NCBI RefSeq assembly: GCF_009914755.1
Contig: NC_060944.1
Origin: the human T2T-CHM13v2.0 reference genome, Homo sapiens
Length of the DNA: 64,000 bases
Direction: 5' to 3' (one strand)
The notes under the pieces were generated by a model. That model saw nothing but the letters and a program-made list of their open reading frames with translations. It had not been told where the DNA came from and searched no databases. A program made the position numbers and the translations under genes. Below, in pieces: positions 1-14,186 of this stretch. Position 1 is the first letter of the stretch; every line of letters begins with the position of its first letter.

Positions 1-29
1 TTTGCTTTCATGCCCTCTATAGAAAAAAT

Positions 30-600
30 GTCCTTACCTGTTGCCATACAAGTTGGCAATATCTATCAAAATTACAAATCCTTTTTGACCTGCTGAATCC
101 ATATTTTCTTTTCCTACAGATACACTTGCATAAACATGACTTGACATATATCCAAGATATTCATTGTTCTAGTGATTGGCAAAAGATTGATGCAGTAAAT
201 GGCTCTCAATAAAGGGCTGGCTATATAATTATAGGATATCTTCACAGTGAAATACCATTCAATTATAAAAAAGAATAGAAAATGATTCATTCATTACACT
301 GAAATGAAATAGTATTTGAAATACATTAAGTGGAAAAAGCAAGATAGAGTGGTAGATAAGATGGAAACTACCATTTGTGTAAAAAAGTAGGATAAGATAT
401 GTATACATATGTTTATACATTTGCCCACACATTTTCTCTCTCACACACATACAAATAAATTATCTCTAAAGATTACATAAGATGTCCTGATAACCAAACA
501 TTTGTTGTCAGGGTTTTCAGAGGGTAGGGTAACTAGATCCTTAGGGCCCAAGGGCAGGAGATTGACTTTCATAAGGTTTTATACTTATTTTTAATACTTT
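30..600 (+). mobile_element. Old L1 (L1M/L1ME-type) 3' fragment
   Basis: Degenerate L1 ORF2-end/3'UTR phrases (ccaagatattcattg..., aaataccatt...ataaaaaagaatag, atacattaagtggaaaaagcaag). Confidence 0.55.
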
Positions 601-1109
601 TAGAATTTTTAACCAAGTGATTTTTATCTACGAAAAAATATTTTGAAAACTTACCTCCCCTTACCGCTTCTAGTCACTGTTCGTCTCATGACCTGGTAAT
701 ATTTTCTCCATACCATATATCTCCATCTGAAATTCTTATTTTTCTGTTTACTTCTCTAACATCCTTTCTAGACTATAGACTCTTTCAGAGCAGTGACCAG
801 GTCTGTCTTGCTGGTACCTGAAGCCTTGTTGGATGAAGGAACTGGCTCCATGGGATGAGTGGTGAGGCTGTGTGGGATAGGGGTTTGTGGTATGGGCAAG
901 GGATCTCTGTAGCAAAGATGGACTCCTGCAGAGTGCATGCAAGGTTTTCAGACAATGGGGATCATAATTTCAAATCCTTGGTACCTCCAATAAATCCAGC
1001 CTTCCATCACCACCATTATCCCAGCTGAAGACTGAAAGGTGCACCAGCAGACAAATCAGCAATCTGCAAACACAACATACCAAAGAGCTTGCCACTTCAT
1101 GTGGGCACT

Positions 1110-1495
1110 CCTGGTGTTATATGTTCAAATGTGCAGCATAGTTTGTAATAGACAAAAATTGGAAACAATCCAAGTGTCCATGGTTAGGTTCATGGTTGGG
1201 GAAATGTTGAAATGCCATGTAGACATGAGGAAGAAGAGAGAGCATTATAAATGGACTTAAAAAGATGACCATAAGATATACAGTAAAGAAAGCAATTTGC
1301 AAAATAGTATGTATGATATGCTCTTGTTTTAAAAAAAGTTATGCATAAAAAATTTAAAAAGAGTGGCACATTGGTGCTGCGCTGTTAGTGGTAACAGCAT
1401 AATGGGGACCTGTGTGGAAAGGGAATGTCATCTCTTATGTTGTATATTTCTATGGGGTTGAATGTTATTAATATTCATAAATTTCTTATGCAATT
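1110..1495 (+). mobile_element. Old L1 (L1ME-type) 3' fragment
   Basis: gcagcatagtttgtaatagacaaaaattggaaacaatccaagtgtccat matches the L1 AALF.IAK.WKQ.KCP region, followed by 3'UTR-like sequence. Confidence 0.6.
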
Positions 1496-2199
1496 AGAAA
1501 GGGTAAGTGAATCCACATTGGTATATCACTCCATGTGTAAATGTCTGAGTTCCTGACATGGGAATTTCACAATAAGGACACACATAACTTACCTACAGAG
1601 CCCAGGGAACAGTAAACAATGGGAAACTGAGCTCTAGAATCTTGAAAACAAAGGTGGCAGTCAGGACTCATGAAATCTGACTCTTGGGAACTAGCAGGAT
1701 ATATTTATTTGACATTGGTTCCTCCAAAGTGAAACTATACAGGCCAGGAGATGGAGGGAGGGCTAGCATGGTTGTCAGAGTATGGGGGCCCTAATGCTCA
1801 ATTTTAATGATGTGAATTTTAATAAATTTAAAATAACAATCCAAAGACTGATATGGCTCTAGAATGGGACTGAGGAGCAATGTCCATATACCGCCTCCTA
1901 TAAACACCCGCTTTCTTTGTTATGATGTCCTGTTCTTATTTTCTTAATTTTTCCTGATGCAGCTGAGATAACAAGACAGGGTGGTCTGGGGCTGGGCCCA
2001 CAGACACCTGGATTGCAGTCTGTCCTCTCCCCTGGACTTGCCCTGGGGCGTCGGGTTATCCACAACCTTTCTCACTTCCTCAGTTTCCCATCCCCAGCAA
2101 GGGACTGCTCCCGCTTGAGCAGAGTCTCAGGATCTCATATGAGGTTGTGTGCGTCATGGGATTAGGGTTTTTCCTAGGCAAATGGTTTCTATAAAATTA

Positions 2200-2210
2200 T
2201 GTGTGTGTGT

Positions 2211-2248
<38 letters not shown>
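2200..2248. repeat. (TG)n microsatellite, interrupted
   Basis: Directly visible. Confidence 0.95.
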
Positions 2249-2251
<3 letters not shown>

Positions 2252-2427
2252 CCTAATCTCACACTCTTTTTTCTGGCATCCTATCTAGAACTTTCTATTG
2301 TGTTCCCTCTGTGTCCTCACTCCGATGGTCAGCATGCAGCACTAGGTCTGGGAGGAGGATTTAGATATCTGCTTCAAGTCCATCTGTTTGGGAATGAAAC
2401 TCTGAGAGGTTGAATGATGTGGTCTAG

Positions 2428-2590
2428 ACAGTTCTTCTCAGACTTCAGTGTGCCCAGGAACCACAGGGAGAGCTTGTTAAGGTGGAGATCCTGATTTAGT
2501 AGGTGAGGGGCAGGGTTGAGAATCTGCATTTCTAACAAGCTGCTGAGAGATGCTGATGCTGCTGGTCCACAGACTGCACTTAAAAGAACA
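2428..2590. mobile_element. MER5A-like hAT-Charlie MITE
   Basis: gagaatctgcatttctaacaagct...gatgctgatgctgctggtcc, characteristic of MER5A. Confidence 0.75.
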
Positions 2591-2761
2591 GGCATGTAGG
2601 ATAAGTGCTTCTCAGAGGCAGAGGCTGAACTGGGCCCAGTTCCCCCGACTCACATCCTGTGCTCTTTCCTACTGAAGGCATAATTATCAATTTAGTTGCT
2701 GCAAGACTGAAAACTGTCACTTACACATGAAGCTGTGTGTCAGAATTACTTTGGGAACTTG

Positions 2762-3126
<365 letters not shown>

Positions 3127-6100
3127 TAGGTGGAGGCCTGGGAATTAGTATTTTGATGACACCCTGATAATTTCGATTTATTCAGTCCATGACCCATTTT
3201 AGGAAACTACTGCCTGAGTCATTTAGGAAATATTAAATTAGATCTGATATGATCTGATTTCTAAACTTTATTTTAAATTGTTATTTTCTTCGTATATATT
3301 GATTCTTTGTATATTTCTTATTACTTTCTAAACCACTGTGAAGTTCAATGTACTGAAGAAAACTCATGTCCATAAGTGACCCTCCCATTCTAAATACACA
3401 AATACAATCATCCTGAGCCTGAGGCTGGACTGTTAGGGACCGTATATTTTAGACTTCAAAGACACTTTGAACACCTTTTCTAGAAATGCATTTACTACCA
3501 CCTGCTTTTTACCCTTTTTTTTTGTATATTTGGATTAATCAAATATCATCTTAGAGTGAATAACATCTGAAATGTGTTCCAAAAACTTATATTCCAAAGA
3601 TTTGTGAATGTTTACTCACATTACCATTTATTTATTTTTTATTTTTTTTTTTACTCTTGTGATAACCAATCACCTGTGGGATTTGCTCTTTCACCATCAA
3701 CGTTCCTGTTGTTATTTGGTTGGGGAAATCATTCAAAAGCAGCTTTCTGCTAGAAGAGTCATGTTAGCCTGGGTGGTTCATGTCAACCTGGGGACGGAGC
3801 CTGCCTTTTGGGATGTCTCTCCATCCTCTATGGCTCTCAGTATTGTTCCTCCTGAAACACCCACAACACAGATCAACTCACTGGCCTTGTCACAAGCACA
3901 GTTCAGAGACATGTCTTTCCCAAGCTCTCAGGGAAGAGCTGTACTATGTCTTAGCACCTGATCTCTAGCAACAAGAGACTCTTTCATATTTTATCAGCAA
4001 TTAATTGCAATCACTTCTGCTTTATGAGCTGACAAAGGCCTTCATCTTCATGCTTCAGTCATTGTTTCCTGATTTTTGTTGGGACTCAGGGATCACCTCC
4101 CTGCCATGGTTCACAAAGGTGCTAGCTTAGATACATTTTCCACCTTGCAACTGGGTGAGGCAGTGACTGAATCACGTGAGTCCAATTTTCACATTTAATA
4201 GGACATGAATTATTGTTGAACAATGTATCCTGCCTCTAGCCTACTGTGGGCGATTAAGAACATGCTTTGCGTGCATAATGACATCTGAGTAATGGAAAGA
4301 GAGTATGATATTTCAAAAGCATTGGCATCTAGCGGAAAATTTTGAAAGCATCAGGCCTTGGCCTGTTGTCATTTTTATTCTACCTTATTGAGGGCCCATG
4401 ATACAACAGCTGGGGGTGATGATAATGATGTATAAAGTACAAGATGGGGTACAGGGTGATGAGTGGTGGCTTCATTCTGTTTAGCTGAGGATGGCCCATT
4501 CTTTACATCTGTCAGGACACAATGATTTGGCGACCCTCAAAGTACAAATAAAAATATTGAAAGATCAGATGAAACAAGTTTGGATCGTTGAGTCATTTCA
4601 AATAACTGTCCTAAGAAAAGGGAAATGTCAATGAGTTTGAGAAACTAATTTGTTGTTTTGACAAGAGGTAGAAGCAATGATCCTAGAGTCTCAGTGTTCT
4701 CAGAGTCTAGTTGAGTATTTCATATGTTGTTCTCCACAGCTCTTACTTATTTTATATATACTCACCTTGTCTCCAAACAGACTCTATTTCCCAAAGATAA
4801 ACAACAGTCTTTATATTTTGGTTTTCTCTAGTATAGCATGGAACCCAGTTCCTAGCGCATAATAGAAACTTAACTGATTTGCTTTTGCTATTACTATGAC
4901 TATATTATTATTTATATTATTATATATTACATATATTTATTATATGTAATTATATAAAAATTATTATTATTGCCTTGCAATTAATAATAATAGTAACAGT
5001 TAGGGAGCCTAGACTCCCTAACTATATGATCCAGTTATTAGTCTGTGTGCTTTACATATTTGCCCATTTTATTCTCACCATAAACTCTGAGATGGTTGTA
5101 TTACATCTCTTCTGAGACTCTGGGAGAAATGTTAAAACTTGCAAAGGCAGAATCTGAATCCTTGTGTTTTGTATTCTTTTCACCATACCATGTGCATTGC
5201 TGCATTGTTGATAACCCTTGTTCTGGGTCTGAGATGTTTCTCCTTAAGTTAATGCGGAGCCTGACCATCCAGATCTATCTTCAGGCTCCTCTCAACTCAG
5301 TGGATAGTTGATATTATCTTGAGAAACATGTCAAGGTAGACTTAGAGTGAGCCCAAAGGGTGTGCACTCTGCTGTGATGCTCTTGAATTATTTCTGGGTT
5401 TTAGATAATTTCTCCTGGGGTTAGATTTAGTCTGAATCAATATATTGAGCTTTGGAATAGATTGCCCTTATCGTAGATCTACCTTTGTTCTTCCATGATC
5501 TTTACCATCTATACACTTGAAAAGGCCAAAAAAGTCACATTGTGTCCATATTCCAGAGCCTGTGATAAAAACCCAACAGCAGATTGAAACCCTACTCTAC
5601 TTGCCTTTCTCAAAAACAGCCCAGGTAGAAGTAGAGGGAAAGAAGCAATGGGGAAGAGGCCCAGGAGAAGAGAATCAGCTTACCCTGTAAGTTTAATCTA
5701 ATGGCGGGAATCAGTCACTGTGTGACCATATTTTATTGCTGGAAAGTTCTTGTGCTATACTAATTTTGTTAGAATTGCCTGAAGCCTAATATTTCCAACA
5801 TAGCACTCCTGGAAGCTTCTATTAACCAGTTGGAGTTGGCATATAGGATAAAAACTATCCATGATCTCTGATTTAGAGGGTTTCTTTTTAATAACATGTT
5901 TTTATTTTTTATTTGCAAAACAAAACACCAGGGCAATGTGTGCTTTCATTTTGGTGGAGGCCACGGGGCTTCCCTTAAGGCAGACACTCAGCTGTTGGGC
6001 TGGTCTCTTACCAAACCCAACTGGCAGGAGTAGAAAGCTTCCTGTCTAGTTGATTCTTCTTTCAAGCAGTGAGTGATGTAGTAGATGAAAAGAGGAGAAG

Positions 6101-6359
6101 TAGAATTAACTCTGTCCTGCTGTTATTTGGAATAAAAGCACATAGGCTTTTACTGGATTTAGATGGTCATTTGTCTTACTTGGGTAAATTGAAAATTCTA
6201 TATGCCATCTTAAAACCCTACAGCATCTTTCCTGAATTTTTCTGTAAGTGAAACTAAAGGGAACTCAAAAATCTTCAAAGGTAGTCTAGACATGCAAGAG
6301 AAACATGTTTTTGGAGGAAAACATACAACTTATATGATCTAGAATATTCCAAGATATTT

Positions 6360-6905
6360 GTGGTTGGTTTATTGCAGAAAAGTCTCAAATTTTCTATTAC
6401 TCTCTGTGTTCATGCCATTGACCATGTGACTTTGCAGCTTATTCCATCAAGAGGTGGAATCTGTTTTCCCCTCCCCCTGCCCCTTGAATCTAGGCCATCC
6501 CTGTGACTCGATTTGGCCAATAGAATGGAGTGGAAGGGATGGTGCGTTCAATCTGAGCCTAGGCCTCAAAGGCCATGATTCAATCTGAGCCTAGGCCTCA
6601 GAGGCCTCATGGCTTCTGCTTACTCTCTTCTGCCACTGCCATGTGAACGTGCATGGAATATCATTTTGTAGAATATGGAACAGAAATGAACCACCTTAGC
6701 TGAGGGCATCCTATACCAGCCAGCCCCTAGCTAATCCAGTAGTTACCTGCAGGAACATGAGTGAATCCAGCTGGAATCAGTTAAGCCTGGCATGGCTCAG
6801 CAGAACCACTTAGCTGATCCAGACACTCATCAGCAATAATACATGGTTGTTTTAAGCCACTACGTTTTAGGTTGGTTTGTTATGCAGCAAATGCTAGCTG
6901 ATACA
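6360..6905 (+). mobile_element. MaLR solo LTR (MLT1F/G/H-like)
   Basis: TG start; ccttgaatct...ggccaatagaatg; end ttttaggttggtttgttatgcagcaaatgctagctgataca. Confidence 0.8.
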
Positions 6906-7504
6906 CATTGCGATGCCAGTGATTTTTTTCATGGGTAATTTATATAGCATATGTAGAGCTATGCATAGTAAATTTGACATTTAGTAGGTATTTAATAAAC
7001 ACTGGTTCTGGTCTTCCTTCCCTTTCCCTAAAGAGATATACTTCCAGATTGGAGTTTGCAGGTTCCAGCCAGAAAATAGAATAGCAACTTGGAAGTCACG
7101 TCACAAAGGTGTCCATGAGTGAGGGATTCATAACAGTAGTAAAAATAGGAAGTCGTTTTTTTCTGAGGCTAGACGAGACACTGATGTTTCTTCCTTGCCT
7201 TCCTAAACAGCAACTCTTGGTGTTATCACTTCCTGGGAGAGAAGAAAAAAGGAGACTTCAGACATTTAAAAACTCACCCCTGAATTCTAGTCAATTAAAT
7301 GACACTGTCTCTGGTTTATATATTTTTTCTTTAACAAAATTTGTCAAAATATAGAGAGTACTGTTACGAAAATTAAGCATCTTGGGTCTGTGTGACCTTG
7401 TGGAAATCACCAACTCTTTCTGGGTCTCAGTTTCCCATCTCTCAATTTGGAAAGTTAGACTCTCCCATATGATTCCTAGCTCCAACCATCTATGACTCTT
7501 CTAG

Positions 7505-7750
7505 CAGCACTGTAGTGAAAGTAGAAACGTAAGCTCCAAAGCCCAACTGCTCACTTGGAAATGTGGCCTGATGCTTTCTATCTATATACCCTTAGACAAA
7601 TTAATTATACCCTCTGTGCCTCAGTTTCCTTATCTAAAAATGAGGCTGCCTCATGGCAAGGTTCTGAGGATTACATGCTATAATCCATGTAAATGGCTTA
7701 GAACAGTGCCTGGCACACAGAAACTGCTTAACAAGTGTTAGCTATTATTT
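7505..7750 (+). mobile_element. MIR SINE
   Basis: MIR core ctctgtgcctcagtttccttatct and 3' end gcttagaacagtgcctggcacacag...ttagctattatt. Confidence 0.85.
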
Positions 7751-8039
7751 CCTTTGGCATAGAGTCACATCTTATGCAACAGCACTTTCATGGGATTTAA
7801 ATGTTGAAAGTTCAAATGGTGAACATCAACCAAGTGGATAAAACTGCAAGATGTTTTTGAAATTCACATACACGCAAAAGAGTATTAACAACCATCCTCA
7901 AGCTCTTATATCCATAATTCAAAAGGGCTATTTTTCCTCACCTAGTTAGGTGTGGTTATCTCATATAGTAGAAATTTACCACTTTAGCTCTGAGCTTATT
8001 TTTCTTTCTCTTTTGCTGCTACTCTTTGGCTACAAGCAA

Positions 8040-8240
8040 GAGGAAGTGTAATGCAATATTAAGAAAATGGGTCCTAACTCTGGTTCTGCCACTTACTAAC
8101 TTGATTAGATTTTTAGTTACTCTGTCCCTCCATTTTCTCATATGTAATATATGGGTAATAATCAAGCCTGCCTTATAGATTATTGTATAAACACAATACA
8201 TTTAGAAAAGTGACTGGTACACAGCAGGCTTTTAATAAAA
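8040..8240 (+). mobile_element. MIR SINE, degenerate
   Basis: ctctggttctgccacttactaac...ctctgtccctccattttctcatatgtaa. Confidence 0.6.
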
Positions 8241-8354
8241 CACTATGGATTGGTATATTATTATATTCTGCTCCACTAGAATTGTTTAAAGGAAGCGTTA
8301 GGAACCCAAACATTGTCCAAAGGAATATCTTTAGGGATGAAGTAAGATGGTACG

Positions 8355-8790
8355 TATGGGAATGCGATTGCTGACCCACTCAGATCCCCTTGACCAGACT
8401 GGTGTTTCCATATCCACGTGCTATTAGCATTGGCTCTTAATGGTTTACAGCTGCCTCTTTCTTTGGAGAATTGCTCTTGGCCAGATGGGAGTTGCCTAGC
8501 CTGGAATTGCCTGGGAAGTTATGCAACTCCCTTGCCCCTGGGAGTGGCCAGCAGCCAAGGACTGACTGATGCAGGGGCACAAAAGGACCCTTTGCCTCAA
8601 AGAGAGGGAGGCAACTCTGTGGTGCAATCCATGCTCCAGTGCTCCCTGTGGGATCAGATTGAGATTAGGCTCCAGCTGAGACCACACCCTTAGTTTGCTT
8701 CTCCTTTTTTTCCTTTCTCCTTTATCAGTAAATTACTTCCAAGTGAATCCTCACTTTGGGCTCTGCTTCTAGACCCTGACTTAAGATACA
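8355..8790 (+). mobile_element. ERVL LTR16-family solo LTR
   Basis: cactcagatcccct..., gctccagtgctccctgtgggatcag, end ctgcttctagaccctgacttaagata. Confidence 0.75.
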
Positions 8791-9422
8791 AAGGAAGGAG
8801 AAATGAACCATGAACAATTCCAGAGATTTTGAGACATGGCAATTGGACTTTCTGTCAGGGTAAACATCACAGGTAGGTGTAGTTTTGATTCCATTCAAGT
8901 TTCTGTTTGGGGGAAAGGCTGGAGGGGTTCAATAGGAGTTGAGATGACAACAAGGCCTTAGACAACGTCATATATGAGCCCGCCATAGTGGGCTCTGTGC
9001 TACTGAGGTCTGTGTGTCAAATAAGCGCGTGTTATCTTAGTTTGAGCTTGTGGTAAAATACACATCCCACACATAGATTTTGATGAGCCATGTGATCATT
9101 ACAAAAATTAGTACCCACTAGACTTAGAGTCTTCCAGCACCCAAGACACCCAAGACACTCAAGACACTCTCCATACTAAATTCCATTCCATAGTCAAATC
9201 TTTTGACTATGTAGAAATCCACTTTTTTGTTATCACAATTGCCTTCCTTCCACACTCATCAAAGAAGACTGTCCCCAGGACTTTGGGGATGAATTAGGAT
9301 GATAGCTATGAAATTGTATGCTTACAAAGCACTGGCCAGGCTGGAGCAAGGAGCAGGTCGTCCATGGCGGGATTCCTATAATTTGTTCCAGAAAGAGATA
9401 CAAGATAAAATTATCTGATGGT

Positions 9423-9775
9423 GCCATAAAAAGAATAAAATCATGTTTCTCAGTAACATGGATGGAGCTGGAGGCCGTTATCTGAAGTGAAATGATTCAG
9501 AAACAGAAATTGGAAAACCACATGTTCTCACTTATAAGTGGAAGCTAAGCAATGGGTACACATGGCTGTGCAGAGTGGAATAATAGACACTGGAGACTCC
9601 AAAAGCAGGAGGGTGGTAGCGTGAGGGATGAAATGCCACCTATTGGGTACAATGCACACTATTCAGGTGATGGGTACATGAAAAGCCCAGATTTCACCAC
9701 TGTGCAATATATCCATGTAACACCACTGCACTTTCACTCCCTTAATTTATAAAAATTTAAAAAATTAAAGAAAAA
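9423..9775 (+). mobile_element. 5'-truncated L1PB-type 3' end with A-tail and degenerate TSD
   Basis: L1PB 3'UTR (aaaagcccagatttcaccactgtgcaatatatccatgtaaca); flanks aaaattatctgatggtg / aaaattactggaggtg. Confidence 0.85.
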
Positions 9776-12524
9776 TTACTGGAGGTGTAGGTTTGGGCTT
9801 GTAAGTGCGGAAGAACCAGCCACCCACTTAAATTCAAAGGCCCATTCCATCCTGATGTTTTCATGGAGGAGTGCAATACAGAATCTTCCCAGAGTGTTCT
9901 TTCTCCTAAAAAACGGGGCAGGGGGCAAGGGATCAGCTCTCATTATTCTTTCATTCTTTCCCCCTCTCTCTTTTCTTTTACTTCAATCTACATGTGACAT
10001 CTTATAAGCATTTTCCTGTATGCTCAATTTAACATACTAAAGAACACTTACTAAAATGAGTTATTATTTCTATCTGTCAAAGGATCTTATGAAATTTGTC
10101 ATTTGCTTCTCAAAACCATGCAATATTATCTATAAAATAGAACTGGGTGCAGTTTTCTTGAGCATTAACTAAAAATGATGCTATGCAATTTGTACTACTA
10201 GTTTTATATTAAAAAGGGCACAATAATGTAGAGGAGTAAATAAATAGTACATGAACTTTAAAGATAAACACGAGATTTCAGGGAAAAAAATTGCAATTAT
10301 GAGGGACTGTTATGAGTTCACCCCTCAAACCTCTGGTTTAGTATTATTAGTAAAACCATTAGCATAAGTGTTCTCTTATGCTAAAAGGATAATTTTGGTG
10401 GAAGTGTCTGAGAAACACTTCTACATATAATATCCACCAGTTCAGAAGATAACATAAGCAAGGCTTCAAAATAAATGTGCAACAGGAGGGAGGAAAAGAT
10501 GGGAAAACTTCTAGCGCCATTTTCATTCCGAGACTGAAAATGCCAATAGTATTCCAAGTTTAGGTGACTACTGCATAATTGGCTAAAACATAGCTCACCA
10601 TATTCTTTGGAACAGTGAAGAATTCACCTCAGGGAGACACAGATTTGCTATATCTCATGAGGGGGACAGGTCTGGTACATGGCCACTCAAAGCTTACTTC
10701 TAAGAAGTGATTGAGTGGACGCCCGGGAAATGAATGGTGGCTTTTAAGATTCATTGTCCAGGAAATAAGAGAGTTATGTTGTTTCATGAGTAAATTGGAG
10801 GCTGTTTAGTCCTGGGGACTTTTCAGGCTTAAGAGGGCCTGGGAGAAACCTTCCTTCTCATGATTCTAAATGACTATTAATGTTGCAGCCACTCTGCAAC
10901 TGTCAGTGTGTGACGTGAATTGGACTCAGGAATTATCGCAGGTCAGTGAGTGAGACTGCATCTCCTCATGCGAGAAAACCATGACACTTTTGTCCAGCAG
11001 AAGTGGGAGTCTTTGGGGCTGACCAATGAGTTGCAGAGATGGTGCTCCTTCAGAAAAGGCAGGTAGAGAAGTCCTGCTTTTTTTCTGGGCAGAGTGACTT
11101 TTATTCTGACATCTCAGCTTCCCAGGAGAGGGTGGTACAGCAAACTCAGGAAGGTAGTTTGGAGTCGGTTTCGAACCGTGTTATGAGCAGCCTTTTAATA
11201 AGGTGGCAAGATACAAAGCATAGAAGAGAGTTTGGAAATGAGAGACCATCTCATGGTAAAATCTAGAAGATGGTGTGAGAATATCAGGTCTGAAAAGAGA
11301 CCTTGGAAAGATTAGGAAACCAGACCCCATCGCTTGATCTGCAATTCGTTGTGTCTTCTCAGCTCATGGCTCTGCTCTTGGAGATACTGTGTTTAAGTTT
11401 TTATGCACTGGTTTTTTTTTTTTCCTTTTTAAAATAAAATCTTGGGCAGGCAGAGCCTACTCTTGCAGGGCCTGAGGCAGGATGGAGTGGGGTGCACACT
11501 GGTTCTTTTGATCATGATTTCACTTCAAGCAGTGGGGATAGATTTCATGTTTCCTTCCTGCCCTTTCCCACGAAGCATGCAATTGAGTGGGTGGCTCAGT
11601 CAGAAATGCCCAATAAATATTTGCCAATGAACATAATGGAGCAACACTGATGACAGCAAGGGGTTTGTCCCATCCCTACTGTCTCTTGGAGGTGGCACAA
11701 ATGTGGTCCTGACACCGGGCCTACGGGAGACTTTGTGGCACTCTCTGAGCCTGGAGGCCTGGCCATGATCCATCTTACATCGTTCTACCTACCTGAGTTC
11801 CCTATGCAGTTGCTGCCTTCCAGTGCTTCTCATTTCCCAGAAAAGGAATCACTGTTTCTCCTAACGAGTATGCAGACGGAGGAGGGAATTAAGGAGACAA
11901 GTGAAAACCACCCAGCAAGAGGACTTGAATAGTGTGCAGGGGAGGGTGGTGAAAAGGAGGAAAGGAAAAATGTATCAAAACAATATTATGTCAGTTCTAT
12001 AACTTTCCGCTAATCCTTATGTGGATTTGTACCAGCGTTCATGTCTTACAGTCTAAGACAAGAGCCAGACAAAAATGCTTGGACTTAATAAATCTAGGAG
12101 AGAGGTTTGTTTATCAAGGTCTAGCATTGTTTGAAAACTCAACATCTGTTGAAGACTCGTAGGCCTTTGCCCCCCACACTTTGTGCAGGTGCTTCTGGTC
12201 TTATGACACTGGTGCATGGATTTTAAAGAAACATTCAGTGAAAAAAGCTCAAGGTCATCTCTATACATTGCCAGGGCCTCTGCTCCTAACAAGGCCTCCT
12301 CATCTCTCGCTTGGATAGTTGTAGCATTTCCAAATGGGTCTCCTTACCTCCCATTATATCCACACAGCCCACTCCTCACAGCAAGTTAGTCTTTCTAAAG
12401 CCCAGAATGTGAAAACTTTCTAATACACCCCTAACTTATTAATAGGGATCTTCAAATTCTGAAATTTTTGTTAAGAAACAAAACTTGGCTACCATTCTTC
12501 CTTAGGTGGTCTTTTCTTACGTTT

Positions 12525-13275
12525 TTAAATGCAAATATTTTATAAAAGTATAACATAAGTGTAGAAAAATGTGTGTGTTGATGAATTCTTATACAATTTG
12601 CATGTGCATGAAACCAGCAGCCGGCTCATGAAACACAATACAACCAGCACCCCAAAAGCCCCTCGACGTCCCTCCTAGTCAGTATTCCCCCACGGGTAAT
12701 CCTTGTCTTGACCTCTAATCCCATGGATGAGTTTTATCTTTTTGGAACTTTGAATAGATGGAACCATGCAGCAGGAATTCTACTGCGTCAGTTAGCATGA
12801 TGTTTGTTTCATCCATATTGTGCATGTGGTTGGAGCTGATTCATGCTCATCACTGTATAATGTTTCGTTGAAGGGATATTTATTTACCCATTTTACTGTT
12901 GTTGTTTTTTTCTTTTTAGACAGGGCCTTGCTCTGTTTCTCGGGTTGAAGTATAGTGGCAAGATCAGGCCTCACTGCAGCCTCAACCTCCCAGGTTTAAG
13001 CATTCCTCTCATCTCAGCCTCCTGAGTAGCTGGGAATACAGGCATGCAACGCCCCATCCAGTCAATTTTTAAATATTTTGTAGATATGGGGTCTTACTAT
13101 GTTTCCAAGGCTGGTCTCAAACTCCTGGGCTCAAATGATCCTCCTGCCTTGGCTTCCCAAAGGGTTGGGATTACAGGCATGAGCCATGAGCCACTGCACC
13201 TGGCCCCATTCTACTCTTGATGGACATTTGGGTTGCGTCCAGCTTTTGGGAATGATAAATAGTGTGGTAATGAAA
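12525..13275 (-). mobile_element. Old L1M 3' end (antisense), interrupted by an AluJ
   Basis: Antisense L1M 3'UTR/ORF2 end that resumes after the Alu (gatggacatttgggttg). Confidence 0.7.
12902..13205 (-). mobile_element. AluJ with degenerate TSD
   Basis: Antisense AluJ; flanks ccattttactgttg (12888-12901) / ccattctactcttg (13206-13219). Confidence 0.9.
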
Positions 13276-13289
13276 AATTTTCCTAAACA

Positions 13290-13585
13290 AGGCCCCAAAG
13301 TGCCGAGTACAAAGGGAAATGTTGATAAATTGGCTATGTTAAATTAAAATCTTTTGCCTTTCAAAAGACATCGTTGAGAGAGAAAAGCCAACACATAGAA
13401 GATAATTACAGTATATGTTATCTGGAGAAAGAACTCATTTCTTGAATATAGAGAGAGCTTCTATTAATCAATAAGAAAAGTGCAAATGACTCAATAGTGA
13501 AATAGTCAGAGACTTCAATAGGTACTTTACAAAACAGCACATCCAAATGCCAATGGTCCTTAAATGCATGAAAAGTTGTGCAGGC
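13290..13585 (+). mobile_element. Old L1M ORF2 fragment (sense), inverted relative to the adjacent L1M 3' end
   Basis: ttgataaattggctatgttaaattaaaatcttt...tcaataagaaaa...catccaaatg...gcatgaaaag: the L1 KIDK..IK to HMK region. Confidence 0.65.
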
Positions 13586-14132
13586 AATATTTTTCAGCTT
13601 TACTAGTCTCTTCACTACTCCCAATTAAGCCATACTTTCCTATTTCAGTATTTTTGCACAGATTTTTGAACCTACCTGGGGTGACTTGACCTCCTTTTCC
13701 ACCTCCTTATTTTTTAAGGACCAACCAGAAAATCAGCTCCTTCCAAAGCCTTCCCCACTCCTTTAGGCAGAATTAATTGTTGCTTCTGTAGGATCCCAAA
13801 TTGTGATTTTTCTCAGAGTGAGATGTTTCATTAATCTATCTTCAGGTTCCCAGTATACAGCATTGCTCTTGGTGCATAATAGGTGATTAATACATGGCTT
13901 TCTGAATGAATGTCTAACTTTCTCCTCAAACCTCCAGATAGGATTTAAACCAATGAGGTACAGTGGTAACAAAGGCTTGCTGTGTTGAACGGGAGTTTTT
14001 ATTAGCCGATACAGAGGTTACTTCATACGGAAAAATGCTGGCCTATTTCCCAAATCATAGCTCATTTTCAATGAATAGTATCATCACAAACCTGTGAACA
14101 AAGACCTAGTACTCTATAGGTTGAAAGACATG

Positions 14133-14135
<3 letters not shown>

Positions 14136-14180
<45 letters not shown>
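14136..14180. repeat. (TA)n microsatellite (about 22 units)
   Basis: Directly visible. Confidence 0.95.

Positions 14181-14186
<6 letters not shown>

Noticed and set aside
3608-3961. Remaining 60-130 aa ORFs (e.g. 3608-3961, 16099-16452, 17256-17618, 20687-21076, 56212-56607)
   Set aside because: No recognisable domains, many have non-ATG starts, and the lengths are expected by chance.
9142-9168. Three copies of the 9-mer caagacac(c/t)
   Set aside because: A trivial slippage repeat with no further structure.
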